Part shown: positions 9,604 through 18,870 of the stretch, in pieces
How the letters are laid out: each line of letters opens with the position of its first letter
How positions within the stretch are numbered: position 1 is the first letter of the stretch
DNA from: an uncultured archaeon
Lineage (GTDB): Archaea > Thermoplasmatota > Thermoplasmata > Thermoplasmatales > Thermoplasmataceae
Reading direction: 5' to 3'
Assembly: GCA_000965745.1 (NCBI GenBank)
Contig: CP009479.1
Location: 1,952,001-2,016,000, forward strand
DNA length: 64,000 bases
Notes under the pieces: model-generated
What the model was told of the DNA's origin: nothing
What the model saw: the letters and a program-made list of their open reading frames with translations, nothing else
Database searches by the model: none
Position numbers and translations under genes: made by a program

Positions 9604-11895
9604 ATGGCGAACAAAAGAATTGTTTTAATTACGGCAGTTCTTGTTGCAGCTATTATGGTTTTGTCGTCTCTCACCATATTGACAGAGGCGGCAGGGCAGA
9701 ATAATAGCCCAGGAACTAGTGCAGCACAGACAACAGCGACTTCCCAGGTAACGAAACAGACCTCCACGCTTTCGGCCAAGGCAAGCAGTATTCTGCAGGA
9801 CCTCCAGTCAAAAGGAGTTCCCAGCAACTACGTTTATCTGCCAAGTTTCAAGAAAGCGGCAATAACCGGAACTAACATCAGCGGACCAAGCTACGGGAGC
9901 GCACCAGCGCCGATGGGAATAGGAACTTATGGGTTTTCCAACAACAGCGGAGTCATCACGAGATATGACCTGAACACATCCAGTTTTTCAGGGGCAGTGA
10001 CTTTCAACAACTTCACGACTTTCTACCCCTATGATGATGGGCCGAACAGCGTGACTGTTCAGCTTAACTCCATACTCAACAATGTAACACTGTTCGGCAA
10101 GACGAACTACACCTTCTGGAACCAGAACGTGTTATTCTACTCTGCAAGGACTCATACTGTGCAGTTTCTTGATAACATCTGGAACTTTTCCAGCCCTGCA
10201 TTCTACCTTAGCCCGAACGTTTTCAGCTCATACCAGGGGAACCTGGTCGCTCCTGTATTCTACTATGCAGTTGGTCCGGCATTCTCAGTCACATATCCTT
10301 TCACGGTGAATTTCTACCTCAATTCAACGGTGCTCAATGGTGAAAATACAGTGTTTTTCAACTACACGCTTAAAGATGCCACCGGAGCAGTGTCAGGCTC
10401 TTTTGACGAGGTCCAGTTCAATTCAACTTACGGAATGCCTGCCGGATATTCCGCACCACAGGCGAACTATTACGTAACTTCCAAGAACTTGACCCCGACG
10501 GGATTTATACCGTATGATTCTGAGATCATGATTGGAGGGCCCGGAGGAGGGAGCACAGCTATGATTTACAACATAAACGCAACAATGACCCTCAAGTACA
10601 AGAATGCAGCGAACAACTACGTGAACGTTCCATCGGCCTATGATGTTGGATCTGAAACGGGTGAGACCTCAACCGGCATTGCCGTCACATGGACGCCGAA
10701 CGCCGTGGCTCATCTCAGTGCAGGCCCGTCATTCGTTTACGGAATGTGGAACGTGTCCCAGGTGAATACATTTGATCACTACACTGGAAATGTAAACCCA
10801 CCGAATTCATTCATGTTTGTAAGCCAGGGATCGCCGTTCAACAGCAGCAACGCTTCGTGGAGCCCCCTGTCACAGTCAGGCGGTTATTCATTCTGGTTGC
10901 CCCATGGAACATATGGCTCTTCCATTCTGATGAGCAACAGGAACCCACGGACAGGCACGCTAGTTCCGGGAGTCATGCAGAATACCCATCTGACATGGAA
11001 CCACGCTCGTGGGGTATACACACCGCTCTATGCTTTCGGAAACCAGCAGCTCAAGTACATTTCGATGCTTGGCCACGGAACTCCACAGAATCCATACGTA
11101 CTGTTCAACAACCCATCACCGACGGGCTATCTGAATCCACTGTTTTCGTCCTTTAACGACTACGTGTTCCCGGATTTCACTGGTGTTCTGCTGCACAGCA
11201 CAAGCGCTTATGTGGTCATGTATAACATGCCTTCGTTCAATGTCCAGTATACGCAGCCATCCCAGCTCCATGCACTTGCATACTTTGGCGTCCAGTACAC
11301 GACAAACCAGATAGGGTTCGTCCTATACAACTCACAGAACGTTCTCATGACGCATAACTCGATCAGCGGCTGGTACGCGAACACACTTACAGAATTCCCT
11401 GCAGCCAACGTGCTTCTGTGGAATTCGCAGGACAACCTTATAGCGAACAACAACTTCACAACAATGGACAGCTCACTGTTAATCTACAACATGCATGGAC
11501 AGAGGGGTGACAACTCCGTAATGGGCAACAGCTTCATCCAGGACAAGTCGCTCACAAACATGACCTACCCCGGAATAGCAATTGATACCACATTCGGGAC
11601 GTCAGTTTACGGGCCTGTTGCCCTCACTGTGTACAGCTCCCACAACGTGATAACGCAGAATTACTTCATAGTGTACAATCCGATTAACAGCCCCTTTTAC
11701 AGCATATATTCCGGCCTTGGTGCAAAGTACATCAACTTCTGGAACGGCAACTTCTGGTGGAACTACTACCCACACAGCGGAACTTACAACAATTATGGGC
11801 TGATAGCATTTGGCGGTGACCACCATCCCATCAGTGTAAAGGGGTACACACCATACGTGTTCCTGCCATATGTTACAAACTTTTTATACAGCTGA
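9604..11895 (+). CDS. Thermopsin-family secreted acid protease with a C-terminal beta-helix region
   Basis: Signal peptide, PAPMGIG, VQLN, FWNQNV, DNIWNFS, GGPGGG, GSETGET, and Asn-rich C-terminal repeats. Confidence 0.88.
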   Translation: MANKRIVLITAVLVAAIMVLSSLTILTEAAGQNNSPGTSAAQTTATSQVTKQTSTLSAKASSILQDLQSKGVPSNYVYLPSFKKAAITGTNISGPSYGSAPAPMGIGTYGFSNNSGVITRYDLNTSSFSGAVTFNNFTTFYPYDDGPNSVTVQLNSILNNVTLFGKTNYTFWNQNVLFYSARTHTVQFLDNIWNFSSPAFYLSPNVFSSYQGNLVAPVFYYAVGPAFSVTYPFTVNFYLNSTVLNGENTVFFNYTLKDATGAVSGSFDEVQFNSTYGMPAGYSAPQANYYVTSKNLTPTGFIPYDSEIMIGGPGGGSTAMIYNINATMTLKYKNAANNYVNVPSAYDVGSETGETSTGIAVTWTPNAVAHLSAGPSFVYGMWNVSQVNTFDHYTGNVNPPNSFMFVSQGSPFNSSNASWSPLSQSGGYSFWLPHGTYGSSILMSNRNPRTGTLVPGVMQNTHLTWNHARGVYTPLYAFGNQQLKYISMLGHGTPQNPYVLFNNPSPTGYLNPLFSSFNDYVFPDFTGVLLHSTSAYVVMYNMPSFNVQYTQPSQLHALAYFGVQYTTNQIGFVLYNSQNVLMTHNSISGWYANTLTEFPAANVLLWNSQDNLIANNNFTTMDSSLLIYNMHGQRGDNSVMGNSFIQDKSLTNMTYPGIAIDTTFGTSVYGPVALTVYSSHNVITQNYFIVYNPINSPFYSIYSGLGAKYINFWNGNFWWNYYPHSGTYNNYGLIAFGGDHHPISVKGYTPYVFLPYVTNFLYS

Positions 11896-11920
11896 TGTTG
11901 AAAAACATCACATTTTTTTC
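11894..11920 (+). terminator. Hairpin plus T-tract terminator after thermopsin
   Basis: GATGTT-GAAA-AACATC followed by a 7-T run. Confidence 0.55.
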
Positions 11921-12018
11921 TAATTGCAAATAACTATTCAACATATGAACGGTTTTTCGGGATATCACAATAGATATGTTATTTCGAAATGTTTTTATTT
12001 TGAAACAAGTTATATTTT

Positions 12019-12681
12019 ATGGTAAAATTAAAATGGTTAGGACATGCAGCGTGGCTGGTATTTTACAGAGACACAACCATCATAATCGACCCGTATTTAA
12101 CAAACAATCCAAAGGCACCCATGAAAGCCGATGAAATCGAGAAACTCGATTACATCTTCATAACACACGATCATTTCGATCATCTGGGGGACGCTTTTGA
12201 CCTGGCCAAGAGAACAGGGGCAAAGACAGTCAGTATTTTTGAGATTTCCAATATGGCCACTGAGGCCGGGGTCCCACAGGAAAATGCGATAGGCATGAAC
12301 AAAGGCAGCGGTCTTGTTAGCCTGGGCAGCCTTAAGGTTTCCCTTACCCATGCAGATCACAGCGGGCACGAGGTGGGATTCGTCATTGACGGTGATGGCA
12401 AGACCATCTATCATGCTGGAGATACCGCACTTTTCGGCGACATGTCATTAATAGGTCAGTTATACCGCCCCAGCGTTGCCATACTGCCCATTGGGGGGTT
12501 TTATACTATGGGGCCCAGGGAAGCAGCAATGGCTGCCGACCTGATTGGCGCCGGAATAAGCATTCCGATGCATTACAATACATTCCCCGCAATTGAACAG
12601 AATCCTGACAGCTTCACCAGCCAGATTAAAAATGGCAAAGGAAAAGTGCTGAAAGTAGGGGAAGAATATGAGATTCCGTGA
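12019..12681 (+). CDS. Metallo-beta-lactamase-fold metal-dependent hydrolase (UPF0173-like)
   Basis: WLGHA, THDHFDH, YHAGDT, PMHYNTF. Confidence 0.9.
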   Translation: MVKLKWLGHAAWLVFYRDTTIIIDPYLTNNPKAPMKADEIEKLDYIFITHDHFDHLGDAFDLAKRTGAKTVSIFEISNMATEAGVPQENAIGMNKGSGLVSLGSLKVSLTHADHSGHEVGFVIDGDGKTIYHAGDTALFGDMSLIGQLYRPSVAILPIGGFYTMGPREAAMAADLIGAGISIPMHYNTFPAIEQNPDSFTSQIKNGKGKVLKVGEEYEIP

Positions 12682-12696
12682 GATCATTAAGGAGAC

Positions 12697-13266
12697 GTGC
12701 TAAAAATGGCATTGGCATCTGTTGCATTTTCGATCTCGGCTTTCTCCATATCTGCATTCCTTTCCGGCCTCTTCCTGCTGGGCAAAGATCAGGGGGAAAA
12801 TTCAGGGAAAACCCTTGGCATAATCAATGTGCTGGTGGGGATTTCAATCTTCATATCATCCATTCTTCTATTTACCACTGTTCCATTTGGGACAGGCTCG
12901 CCTGCCGAAAATGTCCAGCTTGGATTCTCCGTGCTTCAGGTATTCTTCGGTATAGTGTGGATATCGTTCGGGGCTTCCACCCTTTATAACTGGGACATGA
13001 AATTCATTGGATCCACTACCCTATTACTGCTAGTCTACAACGTAATAGTTCTGATAGTACTTCCAATTAGCTGGAGTGCGGCTTTCACTACGGTGGGAAT
13101 GGTCGTTGTTGAACTTGCACTCTTCTCCTACATACTCGATGAATTTGGGTTCTGGGCGGTAACACATGGGAAAATGAAGGCTACCGTGCAGGGATATTTT
13201 CTGATAGCCTCCAGTGTTCTGTCCATTGCCCTGGCTGTTATCCCCGGCGGGATAATACCTATGTGA
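12697..13266 (+). CDS. Integral membrane protein resembling AmiS/UreI amide/urea channels
   Basis: About 6 TM helices, with a GLFLLGK...INVLVG and FFGIVWI...YNWDMKFIG pattern similar to AmiS/UreI. Confidence 0.5.
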   Translation: MLKMALASVAFSISAFSISAFLSGLFLLGKDQGENSGKTLGIINVLVGISIFISSILLFTTVPFGTGSPAENVQLGFSVLQVFFGIVWISFGASTLYNWDMKFIGSTTLLLLVYNVIVLIVLPISWSAAFTTVGMVVVELALFSYILDEFGFWAVTHGKMKATVQGYFLIASSVLSIALAVIPGGIIPM

Positions 13267-13424
13267 CATCCTCCCCGCCCTATCAGACGGGGCTTCCTGC
13301 TTCCCTGACCGGCTGAACCATCCGGAAGGATAGTTGGACTCCAGTCTCCACAGGCTTAAAAAACAGGAGTAATATCCTCCATTTTTTTGTGCCATGCCAG
13401 GATTAACGCGCTTTTTACTGTGAG

Positions 13425-13784
13425 CTAGAAAGTCTTTGTGTCCCATCTTCTGAATGAGTCCACTACAGCAATTATTCCAGCCACGATCAGGAATGCCGAC
13501 GGAATCAGAAAGAAACCTCCCACAAGATACACACCCAGTGCACCTGAAACCGCCATCGGGACCCCGCCAACAAGAGACTCGATTCGTGTTATGAACGCAC
13601 CTGCGAGTCCTACAAGAGATAGAAAAATGGCAATCCAGCTACTCTGGAAGAAAGAGAATGCACCATATATGTGCAGCAGTGATCCTATCCCTCCCGCAAC
13701 CAGTGCAACCAGGCCCATAAGTAACCCGATCACTCCGCCAACCATTCCAAGGATTGCTATGTCGTTCCCTTTGAATCCACCCAT
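13425..13784 (-). CDS. Small Gly-rich 4-TM membrane protein (DUF4064-like)
   Basis: Hydrophobic Gly-rich helices; similar architecture to 51782-52165. Confidence 0.6.
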   Translation of the reverse strand: MGGFKGNDIAILGMVGGVIGLLMGLVALVAGGIGSLLHIYGAFSFFQSSWIAIFLSLVGLAGAFITRIESLVGGVPMAVSGALGVYLVGGFFLIPSAFLIVAGIIAVVDSFRRWDTKTF

Positions 13785-13899
13785 TATGTATAAATCGGCT
13801 GACGCATACTTAAGAGTTGATGCTTATTATGCAAGATCCTCATGGTAAAACTCTGTCCAGGGTCTTTTAACTCACGCGCAGGCAGAAGATGAACACATG

Positions 13900-14510
13900 T
13901 GAATGAAATGGACCATAACCGCACACAATAGAGGACCGTAGATCTTTCGACTGGTACCATCATGGACTTCGGCCATTTATTCCAGATACGGTGTAATGCA
14001 GGATGGTTGCTGGTGCGATTACTACCACGCAGCACACCCCGCATATGGAAAGACTAAAATGGAGAGGTTTTAAAGCAACCTGAACTTGAAAAGATCGCTT
14101 GTGAAAAATGGAAAATCACGCGGTATCCTCGTCTATTTCGGTGAGGAGGTAGCAGCCTCCCGCCGGTATGGCGCGAGGGGAGAGCTTCATAGAATTGACT
14201 GAAAAAGAAGGTACTGGCAGATTACTGTTCCGCGCGATGAGATTAAGCTTTTCACCTTCACCTGCTTCTTCATAGACAAAGAACACAGGCACAGCGGACC
14301 TGTGGGATTATGCTCATGGAATCCCTGAAACGCATTTCTGAAAGTGGTGGCGGGATAGTTGAGCCATGCCCTGCCACACATTCAACTTCTGTCGAGAGAC
14401 CGTTCGAATTCCTTCATGCATATCTTGACGAAGGGTTTGAACCGATTTCGATATCGGGCAAAGTAGTGTTCAGGTCAGGAAGAAAGCGGATCAATCACCA
14501 GAATGGGTAA
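13900..14510 (+). pseudogene. Degraded GNAT-family acetyltransferase
   Basis: Fragments in different frames: DGCWCDYYH, GKSRGILVYFGEE...YGARGELHRID*, TCFFIDKEHRHSG and SGGGIVEPCP...GF. They are broken by stops and frameshifts. Confidence 0.7.
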
Positions 14511-14757
14511 TACCGAAGCATTGTGCGTGAAGAGGCTCTTCAATCATAGCAGGTATTCAGCAGATAGTTTAACAGTTAAGGATTCAACCTTTATTGCCAG
14601 TTCGGTATAATTTGTACATGTGCGAATATTGCATACTGGACGATGAAGAGTCTTCCTGTTCTTGCCCCTGCTCATCATACATGGGAAAGAAATTCTGCAA
14701 AGTGTGTGGACACAAAATAAGAATGGTCCATTCACCGAGATGACTGGTGCTCAACCC

Positions 14758-15186
14758 CTACAGTTCTGAGAAATTGCTGCAGAAAGGAAAACACTCACTG
14801 AAGCGGCAAAGTGCGATTCTGGTGTCTGCTGCTTCTTCAACAGAATCCTTGTCGGATTCACTGAAGATGCTTACAAAATCTTCCCTGTCGAATAAAGACA
14901 GGATCATTGCCACTTTAGGGTGCAGCAGTGTCCCGCTGCCACCCTCTGCTTTCAGTATTGCCGAATGAATGAGAACGTCCTCTGGGCTTACCTTTCCCTC
15001 ATCGTTGTGGATGTCTACCGCCCTCATGGACATTATAAGCCATGTCCTGTATTTCTGAACAAGATCGCAAAGAAATGTGGGCCTTTCGAACATGAACTGT
15101 TCGTTGTTTTCCTTGAGCGATTTGGCTTCCCGGACAATGTTATCATATTCGCTTTCCACTAGATTGATGAAGGTGGAGATATGCAT
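14758..15186 (-). CDS. Hypothetical protein
   Basis: 142-aa ATG ORF with protein-like composition and no recognised motif. Confidence 0.5.
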   Translation of the reverse strand: MHISTFINLVESEYDNIVREAKSLKENNEQFMFERPTFLCDLVQKYRTWLIMSMRAVDIHNDEGKVSPEDVLIHSAILKAEGGSGTLLHPKVAMILSLFDREDFVSIFSESDKDSVEEAADTRIALCRFSECFPFCSNFSEL

Positions 15187-15321
15187 GAATAATGGAACAG
15201 TGCATGCTTCAAATAATAGCCAGTCACTAATGTTAAGGCATTATGGCAGGCTACGTTGCCCAAAACTTCCTTATATTGGAGGTTTTGGATGCCATCCCTG
15301 AAAGGGTGGTGTTAAAGGCGG

Positions 15322-16236
15322 TTAATTATCACCGACGATCTTCTTCTCCTTCACAATGGACTTGTCAGAGACCGATATCTTTTCAGCTTCAACATAGCCA
15401 ATCCTGCAGTTGTCGCCGATTGTCACTTCCCGGGCACTGATTTTCGGGCACCTGACGCTCTCTATTCTGACAGTGCCACCCTTGATCTCGCCAATGTCGA
15501 CCCTGGAGCTCGGGAACACAAGGCGTTTCTTTACGGTGACCAGAATATCGTCAGATTCGAGGAGCTTGATCTCAGTCCCCCACCCCATGCTCTCAAGCTC
15601 GAAAGAATCAGCCTTGACGTTTGAAGCAGTTATTGCGCCATGTATCTGTACCTTGCCCGATTCTAAAGTCTCTGTATGGACTATCCCGGAACTGTCCATT
15701 GTCCTGCACTTTATCCCCGACGCTTTAAGTGTTCCCTTTGATTCCACACTCTCGGATTCAAGCAAGCCTGCCATTTTTGCGCTTCCGAAAGATATAAAAG
15801 CCGACACTTTTGTGCTTTCAGAGGACAGTGTACCCGAACTGTTCAGGGCACCCCCCTTTATAACTCCTGAAACGTTAAGCGACCCAGAATTCGCCAGGCT
15901 GTCGCTGAAATACACTGATCCATCTACCTTTGCTGCTCCTGAGACTTTCATCAGGGCAACGTGGACCGAACCCGAAACTTTTCCAGACCCTGAAATGTGT
16001 AATTCATGGGCGTCAACTTCAGTCAGACTTCCCGAACCTGATATTCTTACAACCGAATTGCTCCCACTTTTCCTCTTCTGTCCGGGAGTCTCCGCGGTCT
16101 CCACTGACGGGTTCTCAGGACCATCGTTCCACCTTTCCTTCATCTCTTCATATGTTTCCCTGGTGATTTCCCCCTCCTCAAGCATCTTGTCCAATTTTTC
16201 CTTCATGTTGTTGTCCATCCGTATCATGCTGATCAA
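15322..16236 (-). CDS. Bactofilin/polymer-forming beta-helix protein with an N-terminal SHOCT-like helix pair (true start probably 16218 or 16206)
   Basis: Repeating ISGSG/VSGxV/SSGxL units; N-terminal KLDKMLEEGEITRETYEEMK. Confidence 0.7.
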   Translation of the reverse strand: MISMIRMDNNMKEKLDKMLEEGEITRETYEEMKERWNDGPENPSVETAETPGQKRKSGSNSVVRISGSGSLTEVDAHELHISGSGKVSGSVHVALMKVSGAAKVDGSVYFSDSLANSGSLNVSGVIKGGALNSSGTLSSESTKVSAFISFGSAKMAGLLESESVESKGTLKASGIKCRTMDSSGIVHTETLESGKVQIHGAITASNVKADSFELESMGWGTEIKLLESDDILVTVKKRLVFPSSRVDIGEIKGGTVRIESVRCPKISAREVTIGDNCRIGYVEAEKISVSDKSIVKEKKIVGDN

Positions 16237-16292
16237 CAGGCCGGAATATTTATATTTATTTCAAAATAATTATTTAAATCTGTGAAAAATAT

Positions 16293-16341
16293 AGTTGCAT
16301 TAGATCAACTGACAAGTTCAACCATCAACGGAAAGGTTGAA
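16293..16341. promoter_or_regulatory. Inverted repeats in the divergent promoter (AGTTG-N8-CAACT; TTCAACC-N11-GGTTGAA); candidate operators
   Basis: Several TCAAC/GTTGA half-sites lie between the beta-helix gene and the HTH regulator. Confidence 0.45.
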
Positions 16342-16367
16342 GGTATCTTTCTCCATATGAACCATGC

Positions 16368-16778
16368 ATGTTGGAAGTACTGCACACCCTTACATCACCG
16401 TCAAAGGTTAACGTGTTCAACCTTATCAGGGAACCCTCCACTCCTGAGAACATAGCTTCTGAACTTGGCATCACCCGGCAGGCCGTCGACAAACACCTCA
16501 AAGATTTGCAGAAGTACGGGGCCATACGGAAGATGTGGCTCTTATCCTCGGACCGCCCCAGGATTCAATACGTTGCCACTGAACTTGGCCTCTATTTCTA
16601 CGGGGAAATCGGGTCGTTCATGTCATCATACAGGTCCAGGGGGAAGAAGGACGCCATTGAGAGCCTGAAAGACCTTGACGTAAGTATGTTGAACGGGGAT
16701 ATCAGTGTAGACGAATATACGTCCCGGAAGGAAAGGATTTCCAGGGACTATTCTTGGTTTGTATCCGATGACGAATGA
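16368..16778 (+). CDS. ArsR-like wHTH transcriptional regulator with a C-terminal SHOCT-like segment
   Basis: IASELGITRQAVDKHLKDLQKYG HTH; C-terminal LNGDISVDEYTSRK. Confidence 0.8.
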   Translation: MLEVLHTLTSPSKVNVFNLIREPSTPENIASELGITRQAVDKHLKDLQKYGAIRKMWLLSSDRPRIQYVATELGLYFYGEIGSFMSSYRSRGKKDAIESLKDLDVSMLNGDISVDEYTSRKERISRDYSWFVSDDE

Positions 16779-16971
16779 CCGCCGTATTGCCCAAACTTGC
16801 CAGATCATTCCCCGGACAACTGTACAGATCTGCAGAATAGTGCAAGCCTGAGAAAAGGCAGCCTCATGGAACTCACCGGATTGATATTATTGTAAAGGGC
16901 TGATCTGCGGGCCAGCCGATAACCATTACGCCAGATCATAAACAGGCAAAGTTGATCTGAAACCCTTGCAG

Positions 16972-17292
16972 TCAAAGGTGTCTTTGACATGAGAAGGCGA
17001 TCGCGGGAGTTATCCTCCAGTTCGTCAAGAAGAGGAAGCCCGAACGGAAATTCATGGGGTGGGTCCCACCACCTTGGATCACAACTCTTTCGAGTTCCTT
17101 GAGATGTGAGAGTATCTCCCGGTAATTGTCTCCCCACTCGTTGTCTATCCTGGCAAGCTCCTGTATTAAGGAAGCAGGAAAATCATGAGATGTGAAATAT
17201 TTCGGGAATATCTGAATCACATTCTTCCCGCCTTCCGTTAGTGAGGCAGTCAAATTTTGGAAAAGCTGTATCAGCCATGTTTGATGGAGCAT
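16972..17292 (-). CDS. Hypothetical protein (possibly truncated)
   Basis: 106-aa ORF with a helical, protein-like first 80 aa. Confidence 0.3.
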   Translation of the reverse strand: MLHQTWLIQLFQNLTASLTEGGKNVIQIFPKYFTSHDFPASLIQELARIDNEWGDNYREILSHLKELERVVIQGGGTHPMNFRSGFLFLTNWRITPAIAFSCQRHL

Positions 17293-17502
17293 TCATTCAG
17301 TAAAAGACACCTGCCATGATCAATACTGGTCCTGGCTTTTTTTAAAAATATTCTTGCCAGTAATTGAAAAGAATTTAAAGGAATACCCAATATAACCATA
17401 CTGTCTTGATTATTGCGATTCAGCCCCACAATCCAAGTTTACAGCAACATGGGGCTGTAACCCACGCAGGCGGAAACGGGACCTGCATTTGAGGTGATAA
17501 GT

Positions 17503-18339
17503 ATGAGCGGAAATGATGATAATGTGGTAAGGACGCGGGATTATTATGACAACAAAGATACTGATATATTCTACAGAAAGGCTTGGGGGGACGAGCACAT
17601 ACATCTTGGAATTTTCAAGGATTATTATGAGCCAATTCAGAGCGCATGCCTGAGAACTGTCAGGACGATGGCAGAAAAAGTAGGAAGCATAAGCAGTGAT
17701 ACGGAAGTCCTGGATATTGGTTCAGGGTATGGCGGTACCGCAAGGTATCTTGCTTCTACATACGGCTGCCACGTCAATGCACTCAATCTGAGTGAAGTTC
17801 AGAACAGGAGGTCTGAGGAACTTAACAGGAAGAGAAAGCTTCAGAGGAATATCAGTATTGTTGAGGGCAGCTTTGAAGACATGCCATTTGAAGACGAGAC
17901 CATGGATATATGCTGGTCCATAGACGCAATTCTACACAGTGGGAACAGGAAAAAAGTGGTAGAAGAGGTTTCGAGGGTTCTAAGGCCAGGAGGCGATTTT
18001 GTCTTTACCGATCCGATGAGAACCGACGGTTGCCCCCATGACATTCTTGAGCCGATTCTGGAAAGAATTCACCTGTCCGACATGGGATCACTCTCATTCT
18101 ACAGGTCTGAGGCAAGAGATGCTGGATTGGAAGAAGTGTCGTTCACCGACCTTTCACAACATCTAGTAAACACTTACGGGCGCGTTCTTGAGTTCACCGA
18201 AAATAACGAAGAAACTTTATCCGATGAAATAAGCAGGGAATTCATAGACCACATGGAGGAAGGCTTGAGGCATTGGGTTGAAGGTGGAAAGGAAGGGCAT
18301 CTTGGATGGGGGATTATGCATTTCAGGAAAAAGACATGA
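17503..18339 (+). CDS. Sarcosine/dimethylglycine N-methyltransferase-like SAM-dependent methyltransferase
   Basis: DYYD...FY...WGDEHIHLG, LDIGSGYGGTARYLA, ALNLSEVQN, DAILHSG, FTDPM, LERIHL, GLRHWV...LGWG. A GAGGTGA SD precedes ATG 17503. Confidence 0.82.
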   Translation: MSGNDDNVVRTRDYYDNKDTDIFYRKAWGDEHIHLGIFKDYYEPIQSACLRTVRTMAEKVGSISSDTEVLDIGSGYGGTARYLASTYGCHVNALNLSEVQNRRSEELNRKRKLQRNISIVEGSFEDMPFEDETMDICWSIDAILHSGNRKKVVEEVSRVLRPGGDFVFTDPMRTDGCPHDILEPILERIHLSDMGSLSFYRSEARDAGLEEVSFTDLSQHLVNTYGRVLEFTENNEETLSDEISREFIDHMEEGLRHWVEGGKEGHLGWGIMHFRKKT

Positions 18340-18870
18340 GAAAGCATGGATGTCCTCGTTTGGCCTGTTGGTTTTCCCACAGTCATATTTTTGCAGGCCC
18401 AACATAACACCACATCCTTCACGTCTATCCGCCAACGGTTTCCAGTAACCTCGGCGGACACACTCCCAAAGCCCGTCGGCTTATTTATCTGATTATTATT
18501 TCTGAAGTAAAATTTAATACCGTAACAGTGTGTTTGATTTCTGGCAGGCAGGCCGTTGAACAAGAAATAATAGGATGAAGGAGAGTACATTAACCTCTGA
18601 GCTGGCAGCTTTGGCAATGATGCTTTCTGCCTTAGTGGTCGTTTTTGAGCCTCTGGCCGAACATGGGCCGGCCGGCGCCATGCCTGCGAACTCGGATGGT
18701 GGAGACATGACAATACTTGTAAACAGACACCATGCAGCATTTCAGGCAAACCAACACCATTTTCTATTTTAGGAAAGGCATGAATAAGACCGTCCAATTT
18801 CGCACTAGTTTTTCATCTCTGCGGTCAAAATATCAGTTAACCCCGAAGTCGAAGGTTGCCTTGAGCAGGC

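Noticed and set aside
15410-16285. 291-aa plus-strand ORF, and similar long antisense ORFs (1756-2361, 6402-6998, 54081-54734)
   Set aside because: They are antisense shadows of well-supported genes and have no motifs of their own.
18340-18870. Short ORFs (e.g. 18575-18772) between SDMT and proC
   Set aside because: There is a signal-peptide-like start but no recognisable domain; it may be a remnant and cannot be supported.
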